Assembly: GCA_964016885.1 (NCBI GenBank) | Contig: OZ024741.1 | Span: 226,176,001-226,240,000 of the forward strand | Origin: Eledone cirrhosa | Lineage: Eukaryota | DNA length: 64,000 bases | Direction of reading: 5' to 3' | Shown here: piece after piece, positions 29,356-43,721 of the stretch | How the letters are laid out: each line of letters starts with the position of its first letter | How positions within the stretch are numbered: the stretch's first letter is position 1 | Position numbers and translations under genes: made by a program | Notes under the pieces: model-generated | What the model saw: only the letters and a program-made list of their open reading frames with translations | What the model was told of the DNA's origin: nothing | The model's database searches: none

Positions 29356-29569
29356 ATGTGTGCGTGTGTGCGTATGTGTGTGTGTTTGTGCGTGTGTGTG
29401 TTTCTGTGTGTATGCGTGTCTCCGTGTATGTGTGTGATTCTGTGGGGTGGGCCGTTCTCACAGACGTGGGAAGGGGCTTATCTACGTTTAAGTTTGTATG
29501 TGAACGTGTATATATCTCTGCGCGTCTATATGTCTGCGTAATTATATATATATGCATGTATGTATGTAT

Positions 29570-29821
29570 GTGCCTTTGCTCACTATAAAAGCTTCATGGC
29601 ACAGGCATTGCTTTATATCTGGAGATCTCTCTGCACTTGTCGTCACATGGTACCATGGGCCCAGCACTATGTGTCAATAATTGTCACAAGTGTAGTGTTT
29701 GTACCAGAGTTTTCAAGTCGCTGGCTGGACTAAAAAGTCACACTCGCTCAGCGCATCGGTAGGGGTTCTCCTACATGGATATAAAGTAGTGGCCGTACTC
29801 GAAAACGAGTTGGCAGCCACC
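29570..29821 (+). mobile_element. 5'-truncated copy of the 610-bp non-autonomous retroposon (family R)
   Basis: Nearly identical to 30330-30580; (ATGT)n tail. Confidence 0.9.
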
Positions 29822-29870
29822 ATGTATGTATGTGTATGTATGTAAGTATGCATGTATATGGATATGTATG

Positions 29871-29960
<90 letters not shown>

Positions 29961-29969
29961 TGTATGTAT

Positions 29970-30580
29970 TGTGTCAGGTCACCAGTTGGTGCTACTGGTA
30001 ACATGTATCCCAGTACAACCTGTCTCATGGTCGGGACGTTGGCGACTAAACTGGCAACCCCACCAAGGTTTCTTGGTGAGGAGGGTGCCTTTGGACATCC
30101 TGCAGGACTAAAAACAAAACCTGTCAAAGGGCAAAGGAGCTCTTAAGAGTCAATGGCCATCCAAAATCACCGGGAGAGATGACCCCTTAGCCTTTGTCAA
30201 GGCAGAATTCTAGGAGAAGGAAAACTCTGATATAACACCTGCATCCCTGATGGTATCCAATGATGTTGACTTGTTCTTCTTTTTGGTAAATATCATCTTT
30301 GTTAAGAGAGTGGGACTGGCTTTGTGCAGTGCCTTTGCTCACTATAAAAGCTTCACGGCACAGGCATTGCTTTATATCTGGAGATCTCTCTGCACTTGTC
30401 GTCACATGGTACCATGGGCCCAGCACTATGTGTCAATAATTGTCACAAGTGTAGTGTTTGTACCAGAGTTTTCAATACGCTGGCTGGACTAAAAAGTCAC
30501 ACTCGTTCAGCGCATCGGTAGGCGTTCTCCTACATGGATATAAAGTAGTGGCCGTACTCGAAAACGAGTTGGCAGCCACC
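29970..30580 (+). mobile_element. Full 610-bp non-coding retroposon (family R), probably RTE-derived 5'UTR/3'UTR bipartite element
   Basis: Six related copies in the window. ctaggagaaggaaaactctgat resembles RTE 5' regions; the 3' end ctcgaaaacgag..ggcagccacc is followed by a simple-repeat tail. Confidence 0.8.
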
Positions 30581-30893
30581 ATGTATATATGTATGTATGT
30601 ATACATGCATGTATGTATTATATATGTACGGGTTTGTTACAGTGCGTAAAATAGTTATAACTACATATGTGACATCTGCAATACAGTTAAAAAATTACAT
30701 AAAATCCAAGCTGGAGTTTTTGATATTACATTGCTGAAACTAATTAGATGTGGGAAACTTTTTTTTTTCTCTCAATATAAATTTCTAAATGTTCATTCGA
30801 TGTGTGAAATGTGATGTGTGAAATGAAATGTGATGCATTTTTTTATATACATGCGCTTATATGTGCATGTATACGCTTCTAAATATCCTACCT

Positions 30894-31035
<142 letters not shown>

Positions 31036-31044
31036 ATACATATT

Positions 31045-31344
<300 letters not shown>

Positions 31345-31770
31345 TATATATACTTACATATATATGTATGTGTGTTGTGTATATGTGCGTGTATGATTGT
31401 GTGTGTATGTATATAATGTGATATGTATGTGTCTTAGACGTATATTTTGCTATTTCTATGCCTACTGCTTACCTAGCATATTTACTCGCTACATTAATAT
31501 ATAAATACCTACATAATAGGTATGTAAATGTGTATATTCATTGATATAGATGCACACAAACATTACACTTCTCTTCACAACCCAACAGAAAAAGTCCAAG
31601 TGGTCACGTAGCTTCACATCCTTCCTACTCCTGACCCCTTCATCACATAATTCCTAACGGGTTCATGGCGGTGTCATCATTTGGCATCTTACACCTAGTG
31701 ATGCGCATCCTTCTCCAGCTTTCTTCACTGCTGAACTTTCTTCCTCAGAGAGACAGATATAGATAGATAT

Positions 31771-34700
31771 CTTTCTTTATTTGCCACAGGGGCGTACAAA
31801 AATGGGACATTACAAGACCTAACGGCGGGGGTTTTACATAAAAATCATATAACTTTAACATTAATAAATAACAATAAACTATATATAACAAAATAACAAT
31901 TGAAATCCCCGTAGGGGGGAACGTTAATGCAGAGTTGTTTTACACCCCGTGGATAGAACAACCCTCAACACCAGGAACACGTTTTGTAGGTGTTCCCGTC
32001 TTCCCTCTGTTTATCTTCCTCAACATTCAGGTTTATGTGCAGAGAAGGCCCATTCACTCGGGCAATCTTCGCCACATTCACCTACCTTTCAGCGAATTTA
32101 CTGGGGTGTATCACCTCTCTCTCCACTCTCACCTTCCTTCTGAAAGAAGGGGATAAGTTGTTGTCCGGAGAGAAAGGTGTTTGCCCTCAGTCCTTTTAAC
32201 CTCGTCCACCATATTACCTCTTTCACCATAGCCACCAGACAGAGGAAAACCGCCTCTCCTTCATTCTTAAATGAAGGCGGCGGGTTGATCCTCACGATGG
32301 ACTCGGCTGACAACTAGATGTGTCCCACATGTGACAGTAGCTGTTCGACATAATTCCACAGGTCGGTCACCCCTGGGCACTGAACAATTGCGAGCAAAAC
32401 GGTTTCGATGTCCTGCTCGCATCTTGGACAGGTCCTTTTGGCAGGATCTCTGCCAGAGCGTCCGTGCCTGTAGATTTTGTCTCGAACTGGTAGAGCTCCT
32501 CGGTAGCGCTGCCAGGCCAGAGATCTCTGGAAGTTATCCATAGGCCCTGAATGAACAGACTAGTCAGTTCGTCTTCCTCGATGCTTAGAGTTTCCTCGAG
32601 AACGTCGTCGCACATATCCTCCACTATTCCCCTATATAATGTTGAAGTGGAGTCTCCGCTGATTTCTTACGCTTGGTAGAGGGATGTGAGCGCCTGAAGG
32701 CACTCGAGGTACCAGGCACCCATTTTCGGCCTTCGCTTGACCCAGGACTGCAGCTCTGTTAGTGAGACAAGTCGTGGAAGAGCTTGTTTCACAAACGACA
32801 GCCACACTGGTTCACCGGTCAGGAATACCTGGAGATGGCGTAGCCTCAGCGGGTGTTTGCGCATCATCAGCCACGGCATACCCAGCCCTCCGTTAGAAGG
32901 GTGTTGGCAGCAGATGGATCTCCTCACCAATGAAGCCTGTTTCTTCGAGAGGAACTCGAAGAGTAGGCGTTCCCTTTTGGTGAGGTATTCGCGGGGACAA
33001 GGCACAACTGTCAAGCGGTAGTAGATGACGGATGCTATGTAAGTGTTCGCCACCTCAGCTAGAGCTTTCAAGGAGAGTTTGCACTCACCCCACTTCTGGG
33101 TGAGTGCAAACACCTTCGCCGTGACCTTGTTCCAGTTCTTGTCCATCTGGAGGTCTAGACCAAACCAGGCCCCGAGCAATTTCACCGGTCCTTCCGTCCA
33201 GTGTCCAACGACACTGTCGGAAAGCATGGGTTTGCCTCTCCATGTGCGGAGCTGCAAACCGACAGACTTGTTTGGGTTTAGTCTTGCTCCTGTCAACGTT
33301 TCGTATTCCTGTAATAGGTTGCCGATAACCCCGATGTCGTCGGCGTAGGCCGACGCTGCTTTACGCAGTACTGGTTCGATCGAGACGCCCTACAACAGCT
33401 CCAACTTCCGCAGTAATGACTCGAGAGTCAGTACATACAGAATGGAGGAGAGAGGTCATCCTTGACGGATGGAACGCATGATTTGGAATGGCTCCGATAG
33501 GTAGACATTCACCTTGACTGCCGAGCAGATGCTGGTGTTCATGGCCGCGATCCAGCCTCTGAAGACGGGACCGAAGCCGGCCGCCTTGAGAACCGCTTCC
33601 AAGTATCGATGGTCGACGCAATCAAATGCCTTTGACTGATCTAAATTGATCCTACCCTCCCTACCCTCTCTATGATGTATCGCATAAGGTGGAGGTTGTC
33701 GTGTATGGACCTGGTCGGTTTTGCACGCGCTGCGCTTCCCCTACCAGGTTCTCGACGACAAGCGCCAGCCTCGTTGCTAACACCTTGGACAAAATCTTTA
33801 ACTCTGTGTTGAGCAGAGTTATGGGCCTGAAATTGCTTATCTCATCCCCCTTGTTCTCATCTTTCCTGATCAGCGTTACTACGCCTCTGCCTACAGAACT
33901 GGGAATCCTTCCGTTCTGCTGCCAGTTGCAGTAGATCGCTTCGAGGACGCCAGAGAACAAGTCTCGCATGCCTATGTAAAACTCATAGGGTAGACCATCT
34001 AAACCGGGTGATTTGCGTTTCCCGCAGTGGCCTAGGGCATCTTCTATTTCGCCCGCTGTGATCGGCCTTTCGCAGCTCTCTCTGCATCCGTGCTCGAGAG
34101 TCGTGGTACGCTGTCGAGGTAGGAACTGAAGTCCATCACCTCGCTCGACGTACCGCTTTGCGCGCATAGTTGTGCAAAATGCTGTTGGAAGGCCGTGCAT
34201 ATCTGCTTGGATTCAAGTAGAATGCGTCCATCTTTGTCTTGCAAAGACCGAATTGTGGATGTGTTGCCACCTTTCGCCTCTGCCACTCGGCCCCAGCTAA
34301 TAGCTTTGGCTCCCTCGTTTCTAAGAGCACGTGTTCTACTTCTGACAATACACCTTCGTGTTTCATGTTGAAGAACTGGCTAGTACGTCAGCTGTACTGC
34401 CATTCCTAATGCCTCTTCTACTTTAGCTACCAAATTCCTTTTCAGTTTTGTTTTTCTCTAAAGCTACTTCATTGTTAACTGCTATCGATTCTATTCTAAT
34501 TGCTCACTTGAGAGAGCTCCACCACCTGTTGTTGACGATCGCTCCCGTCAACTGGCACTTAACTAAGGTGCTAATCCGTTTACTGTAGGCCTTACGCGGC
34601 GGCAGCGACATGTTTAGCTTCCAGTATCCGGGTCCCTGTGTATCTATTCTATCAGGGCTGACTATGCAGGTGACTAATTTGTGCTCTGAATAGGCAACCA

Positions 34701-36258
34701 TGTGCATTTGTGGACAGCTTAATGTTTCCTTATCTCTTGGGAGATGACCTACATCAAACTCTTGTTGTTTGTGTTTTTGTTGTGTTGTTTTAGTTTGTTG
34801 TTCGTCCTGGAGTTTTCTTTTTTGGGTGGGTGCTTGTGTTTGGGGTGGTGTTGGTGTTTGTTTTGCTGGTAGGGGGGGGGGGGGGGGGTTGATTGTGGTG
34901 TTGTTTGTGTTGTTTGTGTCTGTGGTTGTGTGTTGGTGTTGGTGATTGTTGTTTTTGTGGCTTTGTGGTGCCTTTTTTTTGTTTATTGGATTTTCGAGGC
35001 TGTCCATCTTCACTTAAAGATGAAGAAGTAGCCTCGTCTGACGATGATTTGTCATCAGGAGCTTGCGGTAGGGGTATGTTGTGTGGTGATGGTGTGTTTG
35101 TGTGTATGTTTGTGGCAGTGTCGGATGGAGTGGGATGGCGTGGGACTGTGTTCTTCGGGGGAGTCGTTTGTGTTTTTCCTGCTGTTGTTGGTTGAGTGGA
35201 TGTTTGTTTTGGTGCATTTGCTTGTTTTGTGTGTTGTTGTTGTTGTTGCGATGGTGGTGGCTGTTTTGATGTTGGTAACAATATTTTTTGCGAGGCGGGG
35301 GGGGGGGTTAAAATACTCCCATACTGTTTTACCCTCTGCATAAAGTCAATCTTTGGCAATATCTCCTTCAAGGTTGCCTCAATTTCCCCTTGACTGAGGA
35401 ATGCTGGTAGTTTTGTTTCGTTTGAAACAGTTCTGAAGGTAACTGTCCTTCGAAGTGTTTCAAGACGAATTTCTGCGGGTGAGTTTATTTGAAACCCTCT
35501 GTTTTCACCGAAAATGATAAACTCCTTTGCTTCAGAGAGCATCTGTCTGGCATTGTAGATATTGAGATCCTTGAACTCTTGCTTGTTGATGACTGTTTGC
35601 GCAAAAGTTTTTTTTTGTGTTGTTGTTATTGTTGTTGTTGTGGTTGTCGGTTTTTCCGTTTGTAGTTGTATCAATCGTTTTATTTTCTGTTGCTTTTGGT
35701 GTCTGTTGAACACTGTGTGGTTCAATCTTGTTTTTATTATTGTTGTCCATATCGACTTCCATAGTGACGCCAATATATGCGGAGTTTGAGGTAACGTTGA
35801 AATCCATATTATTTGTGACTGTTTCTGTAAAAGTTATTTTTTTGGTGTTGTTGTTGTGGTGGTGGTGGTTGTCGGCTTTTCCGTTTGTAGTTGTGTCAAT
35901 TGTTTTTTCTGTTGTTTTTGGTGTCTGTTGTACACTGTGTGGTTCAATTGTGTTTGTGTTGAAACAAAACTTTGTTGTCAACTACATCGATACATGTCCA
36001 TTTCTTCTTTTCTTTTTCCTTCCTCAACGTTCTCTAGCGTTTCTTGAACGCTAGCCATTGCTGATGGCAAAATATTAAACATTTTCTTAACAGTTTTTCA
36101 AATTAATTTCAAATTACATTTTCAAATTACATTTTCGCCCCTGACAATTCAGCCTGGGGGTTAATCTACAAAACAATGTGTTTTTTTAAACAAGAATTTC
36201 TGTTTTTTGTAAATAAATTGACATAAACTTACCAGCAAAAGTGTGTGCGTCCAGCTAT

Positions 36259-36260
<2 letters not shown>
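31771..36260 (-). mobile_element. Tx1/L1-type LINE: ORF1 remnant plus decayed ORF2, most of the endonuclease deleted
   Basis: SEHKLV..GPGYWKLN (end of APE domain), SPGLDGLPYEFY, FRPITLLN, DQSKAFD, SIRQG*PLS, AYADD, GGLGMP, CPRC..QC. AATAAA then (TATC)n at the 3' end. Confidence 0.88.
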
Positions 36261-36346
<86 letters not shown>

Positions 36347-36842
36347 AAGGGGGAGAAGACAGGTAGATAGAAAGAAATTAAAAGAAATGAAATCAGTACG
36401 ACTACTTTATCAACCTTGTTAGATGAAAGGCAAAGTTGGTCTCGGCAGGGATTAAGCTCAAAAAGCCGGAACGATTATATCAAAACATTCTGATGTCCTA
36501 AAGGTTCTGCTATGTTGCCTCACACATCAACGTATACTGTATATAATGTTATTAATGACATACAAAAATACTGAAAGTCATTGTCCATAGGTCTGCTATA
36601 TCAGCGTGACCATGTGCTAAACAAAAGCAACAACAAGCATGTCCTAGAAGTCTACCTTTTATATTACGACACTTTATGTTTCTATTTCAATTACTACTTT
36701 GTTCGGCTTTGCCTTTAATCCCACCGTGGCTGCGAAAATTTGCAGTATGGTAAATTTAGCCAATTTTACACTAAAAAGTACAAATCACAATTCGTCCTTT
36801 CCTTGAATCATTCTTCTGAGCACGGCAGATTTTTTTCGGAGA

Positions 36843-36900
<58 letters not shown>

Positions 36901-37258
36901 AAAAAAAGAGAAGAATCAGCCTCTCTACTCGACGACTAATAATTTATTGACTCCGAACGGATGAAAATCAAATTTGCCTTGAAGAAATTTGAACTCAAGA
37001 CGCAGAGAGCTTGAACAAATAATGTAAGGCCTTCTATCCGACGATTTAACAACGATCCAATTTCGCTGTCATATAATTCACTTCCATTTGCTTTTCAAGC
37101 CATTTCTAGAGAATCCGTACAAAGACATGCTGGTATCTTGCCAAAATATCAATCACGTCTCCACTACATGAGCATCTACGCTATAATGCGTATTAACAAT
37201 GAATGGCAATAGCAATACAGTGTGGCACTAAATGCCAAGAAATAGTTAATTAAGCCAG

Positions 37259-37470
37259 AGCGCTGGATTAGTAAAATCGGTAGAATGACGAAAATAATTT
37301 GCTGTGCATTTACGTCACCTTATCTTCAGAATTCAAATAACTTCACGAGCAATCTTTTCTTTGATTAATTTCAGAATTGATAAAATATTGTACCAGCTTC
37401 ATCCTAGGGTAATAGATGTAATCGGCTATATCCCTCTCCTCAAATTTGTGTCCAATTCCAAGTTCAAAGA
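37259..37470 (+). mobile_element. SINE family A, highly degenerate
   Basis: ggattagtaaaatcggtaga head, gaattcaaat, gataaaatattgtaccag. Confidence 0.55.
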
Positions 37471-37484
37471 TCAATATATAATTA

Positions 37485-37652
37485 CCGTATTTCCCGGCGT
37501 CGAAGACGCTACTTTTTTCCTAAAGTAAGTCTCAAAAATCTATCATGTATCCTGGAGGACGAAGGTTGTTTATTATTTTTTTTCAAATTTTTGGTTGTCA
37601 AAATTAGGGTGCATTCTCGAGGAGGAAGTGTCTTCGGCGCCGGGAAATAAAC
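37485..37652. mobile_element. MITE with pogo/Tc2-like TIRs
   Basis: ta|CCGTATTTCCCGGCGTCGAAGACGC ... GTGTCTTCGGCGCCGGGAAATA. Confidence 0.7.
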
Positions 37653-37710
37653 ATTCTCCGTTAACATCCTTTCGAATGTAGAGTTGATCGATGAAATAAG
37701 TACCTGAGAA

Positions 37711-37932
37711 ATAATGATTTCTAATATAGGCTCAAGGCCAGCAATTTGGGGGGAGGGGAAAGTCGATTAAATCGACCACAGTACGTTATTGGTACTTTAT
37801 TTTATCGACCCCGTAAAGGATGAAAGGCAAAGTTAACCTCGGTGGGTTTTAAACTCAGATCATAAAGGGCCGTAACTCTGTGCTGCAAAGCATGGCGTCC
37901 GACCCTCTACCGATACTGCCTATCCACCACCC
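37711..37932 (-). mobile_element. SINE family A, long variant
   Basis: Near-consensus reverse complement. Confidence 0.9.
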
Positions 37933-38638
37933 TTGAACCTGTCAAATAATGAAATTGTTTAAATGGAATTCACATCTCTGCTCACTTACAGAAAAAATAT
38001 TGCTATCTTGACCTTACAGTAACAGAAAATAAAATCAATAGAAATTATTAATAACAAAAGGATAACCTGTCAAAACTGATGGTAAAAAGAAATGTTTTAT
38101 TCATCAGTAAACAACTGAATCCCTCAACTGATATTGCTTATTTACTTCACTTATCTACTTAAAGCAGTAGGTTTAAACTTAATAAAGAAACAATTTATTG
38201 GTGATGATATGAACTTCTGGTTCAGGTCAGTTTTATGAATTTATCTTTATTTTCATATGTAAATGTTAACATTTCGTGATTGTGATGCATGCATACATAC
38301 ATACATACAAACATACATATATACATGCATATATATATAATACATAAATACATACATAATACATACATACAATTACGCATGCATACATACATACAAAAAT
38401 GATGGCTGCGACTCAATTTCGAGTAATGCCATTCGATTGATACTTAAGCATGAGCATCACTGATGTGATTTTTTTTCCAGCTAGGGACTTGACTATGGGC
38501 AGCAATACCATACATCGCCAAAAATGTCACATATCAAACGATGCCTGTGCTTGAAGCTTCTTTTTGGATAAATGCATTTGATGTTCAGAGAGTGGGATTG
38601 GCCCCGTACAAAGCCTTTCCTCACATACATACATACAT

Positions 38639-39237
38639 GGTGGCTGCCAACTCGTTTTCGAGTACGGCCACTACTTTATATCCATGTAGGAGAACCCCTA
38701 CCGATGCGCTGAACGAGTGTGACTTATTAGTCCAGCCAGCGACTTGAAAACTCTGGTACAAACACAACACTTGTGACAATTATTGACACATAGTGCTGGG
38801 CCCATGGTACCATGTGACAAGTGCAGATAGATCTCCAGATATAAAGCAATGCCTGTGCCGTGAAGCTTTTATAGTGAGCAAAGGCACTGCACAAAGCCAG
38901 TCCCACTCTCTTAACAAAGATGATATTTACCAAAAAGAAGAACAAGTCATCATCATTGGATACCATCAGGGATGCAGGTGTTACATCAGAGTTTTCCTTC
39001 TCCTAGAATTCTGCCTTGACAAAGGCTAAGGGGTCATCTCTCCCGGTGATTTTGGATGGCCATTGACTCTTAAGAGCTCGTTTGCCCTTTGACAGGTTTT
39101 GTTTTTAGTCCTGCAGGATGTCCAATGTCAACCTCCTCCCCAAGAAACCTTGGTGAGGTTGCCAGTTTAGTCCAACGACCCGACCATGAGACAGGTTGTA
39201 CTGGGATACATGTTACTAGTAGCACCAACTGGTGACC
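38639..39237 (-). mobile_element. Family R retroposon, full copy
   Basis: Reverse complement of 29970-30580, embedded in (TACA)n. Confidence 0.9.
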
Positions 39238-39317
39238 ATACATACATACATACATACATACATGCATACATACATAAGGTCAAAATACACCCATAAATGC
39301 ATACATACATACATACA

Positions 39318-42300
39318 ACGAGATCAGTCGCATATTTTGGCGTGGGAGACTATTTATTAAATTTAAGATGAATACTATCTCCGACAGTAATGCCATAACT
39401 ACAGTCAGGTTGAATAACTGGTTATTCTTCTAACTATCGCTTCTGAAGACACCTTTTGTTCGAATTCGTAGAGATATCCGACTAAATACATAATTCATTT
39501 TACAGGGATTTGCTACAAACAGCATGGCTGAGCACAACATCAACGAAAAAATTAAGGAAGTATCGAAGACAAATAACAAGGAAGGTAATCAAACTTTATT
39601 CAGTTGTAGCTACAGAAGAAACCGAAATTATAAATCGCATTTCTCTTGGAGTTGCGAATTTAATAATGATTTATTTAATTGTTATAAAATGGCAAAAAAC
39701 AATCCCTCCATTGGCTATATGAATAGAATGAAGCTACACTGGGACGAAATGCACCCAGAGCTAAATTATTTCACAGCAAAACAATTACGCCAACAAGCGA
39801 CGTTTGTTGAACGTAAAAATAAGATAAATATTATTAATTGTAAGTCCCCAACAACAAACATGTTACCAAAAACACGTGCTACAAGTCGCCATGCTACTAG
39901 ACTTTCTAGCAGCCAGGTCGAACAGCGCCTTGAAACAACTATGCCTGTAATAAACTTGATACCACCTGTACCATCTAAGTCTACCTCGAATGGTGGGGAA
40001 AACACTATCGATAATAATAATAATCGAATAAATGTGACACCACGTGTACCATCCGAGTCTACCTCGACTGTTGTGGAAAATACTATCGATAATGATGATC
40101 AAAAGTATAAACAATTGAAAATTTCCCCCAACGAAATCTTCCAGAGAGAAATTAACTCATGTATAAATATCTCTCTTGCTGAACGTGTTAAAATGACAAT
40201 GGTGAATAAAAAAACAAATAATGAAATACTAAGTGTTATTGACGAAAAATGGGATGAATATTTACGACGGATAAAAACCCCAACATTTTGGAAAGTCAAC
40301 GCCTGTTTATATGCCCTAGCAACGACAGTGAAGCATTATCTTGGTGATAGCTTAGATATTAACAAGAACAGAACACCACCAAAAATACCATCATATATAA
40401 CTAAAATAGAAAAAAAGAGTACTGACCTACGAAAAAACATAGGATATGTGACAATGCTCTTTACATGTAAACAAACACAAAAAATCTCACTCCTCACCAA
40501 CAAAGAGTGAAAAATGAAATAGAGACGATGTTTGGTAACAGTAGGACCAGAACACTCCAATATAAGCTGATCACCCTCAAACAAGAATTGAGAGCTGTTA
40601 GCGAAAAACGCCGATACCTGAAGAAGGTAGATGAGAGAAAAGTGCCTAATAAAAGATTCAGACGAAACCAAACATCAGTCTATAGAGATATGAATGGCAA
40701 AATAATAAGTATCACTGAGGCCCCATCCCAGGAAGACATAGATTTCTTTTGGAGCAAAATATGGGGTGAAAAGAAGAATTTCAACCAAGATGCAGTGTGG
40801 CTAAGAGAAATCCGAAAGAACTATTGCTCCTACACTAATAAAAACATACGAAATAAGTGAGGGTACCCTTGAGACTGTGATAGGAAAACTCCAAGATAAG
40901 AAAACACCAGGAAGAGACATAATTGTCGGCTACTAGTACAAAAAACTAATATTCTATCGGAGGTATCTTACTGACCTCTACCAACAAGTTCTTAAGGGAG
41001 ATACTCTTATACCAGAATGGTATAAGCACAAACGTTACTGGTCCCCAAGAACAAAGACACCCACTTGGCAAAAAAGTACCGACCCATTGCATGCCAGAAC
41101 CTGATGTATAAGATGTATACAGCCTGCCTGAACCTATTCCTCTAAGATCACTGTGAAAATAATAACATCATCACAGATGAACAAGCAGCTGGAAAGAAAG
41201 GGGTTTGGGGATGTGCTGAACAACTCCTAATCAACAAAACTGCGATGTCGGAGGTGCGACAACTTAGGAGGAATATGACTACAGTCTGGCTGGACTACAG
41301 GAAAGCTTTCGTTTCTGTTTCCCACACTTGGATGATCGAGGCCCTCCAACTTGCTAAAGTCCCAGACATTATTGTCCGAGCCATAGAGGGGCTGTCTTCT
41401 TCTTGGGCTACTATGCTAAGGTTAAAGACAGAGAGGGAGGTCTCTATTTTCACTGATAAAATAAAATATTGCAGGGGTATATTTCAGGGGGACAGTCTCT
41501 CTGTGATATTTTTCATCTTGTCATTAAACCCCTTGTCCTTTCTGCTCAAGAAATGTGAGGGATACATCATTGGCTCACAGGAGGACAGAAATACGAACCT
41601 AACCCATAATGGACGATCTGAAACTCTATGAAGAAAAACTCTATGAAGAAAAATCTTGACCTGGTTACAACGTTCTCAAAGGAATGGAATTTGGCCAAGA
41701 TAAATGCTCATACATGATTGTAAAGCGGGGAAAAACAACAACCCAATCTAGCAACATTGTCATCAATGGCCTAACTGTTTCACCGATATCTGATGAGGAC
41801 TGCTACAGATACGTGGGGATAGATGAGAACATATCCTATAATGGTATCTGTAATAAAGAACGCGTAACCAGGGAATACTACACCCGATTAAGAAAGATCT
41901 GGTCATCGGAACTCTCTTCGCAAAACAAAACAGTGGCTCACAATGTGTTTACTGTGCCTGTCCTAATATCAACATTTGGAATACTCAATTGGACGATAGA
42001 CGAAATCTGAGCAGTTGATGTTGGAACTCGAAAAATACTGAACAACACCGGAAACTTCCACATCAACAGTGACATAGACCGCCTTTACTTGAAACGTAAG
42101 CAGGGAGGCAGAGGCCTAACATCAGTCCAGACAACATTTGAATGTCGCATCATATCTCTCCGACAACATCTACGAACCTCGAAGCGTAGGAGCCCGTTTC
42201 TCGAGCAAGTCTATCTGCATGAAACAGATAAGATCATGAGACTTGGGAAGGAACTCCTTGAGAGATATTCCCTGTGTGATAATCAAAAACTCACACCCAG

Positions 42301-43143
42301 GGATGTCGCTCAGCAGTATCGCAGTGAATCCATGGATGAAAAACTGCATGCCTATCAGCAAAAAATCATGCATGGATATGTTGCCAGGAAGCTCCAGAGT
42401 GAGAGTAATATAGATAAGGAAAGTAGTCTGTCTTGGACCAACAACCGCTATCTAAAAAAGATAGCCCCGATAATAAACACATTAAAAGCTGCAGCAATGT
42501 GGAAGATATCCATGTACATAATATGAAAAAGTACTGGTGGAATGTTCCAGTAAAACCCCAATAAAATGCAGGCATAACAGACGAGATATTATGACATGGG
42601 ACAGGAAGAAGAAAGCATGCACAGTAGTGGAAGTTCGCTGCCCAGCAGCTGCCAATATAATATCAAAGATTAGTGAAAAGGAGAATATTTATGCAGAACT
42701 GATGAGAAATCTGCAGATACTCCACCCTGATTACACCTTCAGATTTATGCCTGCGATTATTGGGGCACTGGGGTATGTTAGTAACTGCCTCAATACAAAT
42801 CTTGAGAAGCTAGGCTTCACAGGAACAGAAAGGACACAACTAGTTAGGAAATTACAAATACAATCCATTAATGGAACAGTAACAATATGTAAAACATTCC
42901 AAAACGTTTGCATCTAATAACTGCATATACACATGTACAGATGCAAAGCATATACACATGCACACATACAACTCAAAACATACACATCCACACATACAAT
43001 TACATCCATATCCACAGATGCATGCATACATACATATCTACGTAGTTGATGTCGTGTAAATTCCATATGAGAGAGTCTTGTGTCTATGTTAGAAACCGAC
43101 TCTCTCTTTATTGGTAAAACTTTGTGAAATTATAAAACCAGAA
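39318..43143 (+). mobile_element. Near full-length Dong/R4-type LINE (single ORF, RT plus RLE), decayed
   Basis: ORF pieces from 39524: YRPIACQN, WLDYRKAF, GIFQGDSLS, MDDLKL, GGRGL, HNRRD, VVEVRCP. Stops and frameshifts. (TACA)n flanks. Confidence 0.92.
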
Positions 43144-43721
43144 GAATATACATACACACATATATACATACGTGAGGTCTAACAACATGCGTGGACAACA
43201 TAAAATGACTGAATCCTCATGTTTGAAATGCCTATGATAATACGTATCCTCAAGTAAATTTGAGAGGAGACTAAATATTGTTAACGACAACAACAATATA
43301 TGACTTTCTAGCATCGGCACAATTCAGAGAATGAGGAAAGTCGTTTATACTGACCCTAATATTTAGCTGGTATTTTATTTTATCGAGCCAGAAGGATAAA
43401 ACGCAAAGTTGTCCTCGGCAGGGTTTGAATTCAAAAATTATAGAGTTGTAACTAAATGTCGCAAAACACTTTTTGTTAGACGCCAACAACAATATCTTAA
43501 ATGTAAACGGTATTATTTTAAAATTAAATGTTTACCAACGAGAAATATTTGTCGATTAAAAGATTATATAGCTTCCTTGGCGGTATAAATATTCGTAGAA
43601 TTTCGGAAAGAAAAATGAAAGAAAACTAAATTGCTAGTAACAAATTCATTTTAAGTGACTTCAAACGATAGACAATAAAAAAAAAATAATAAATAAAATA
43701 AATATATGTAAAAGTAAAATT

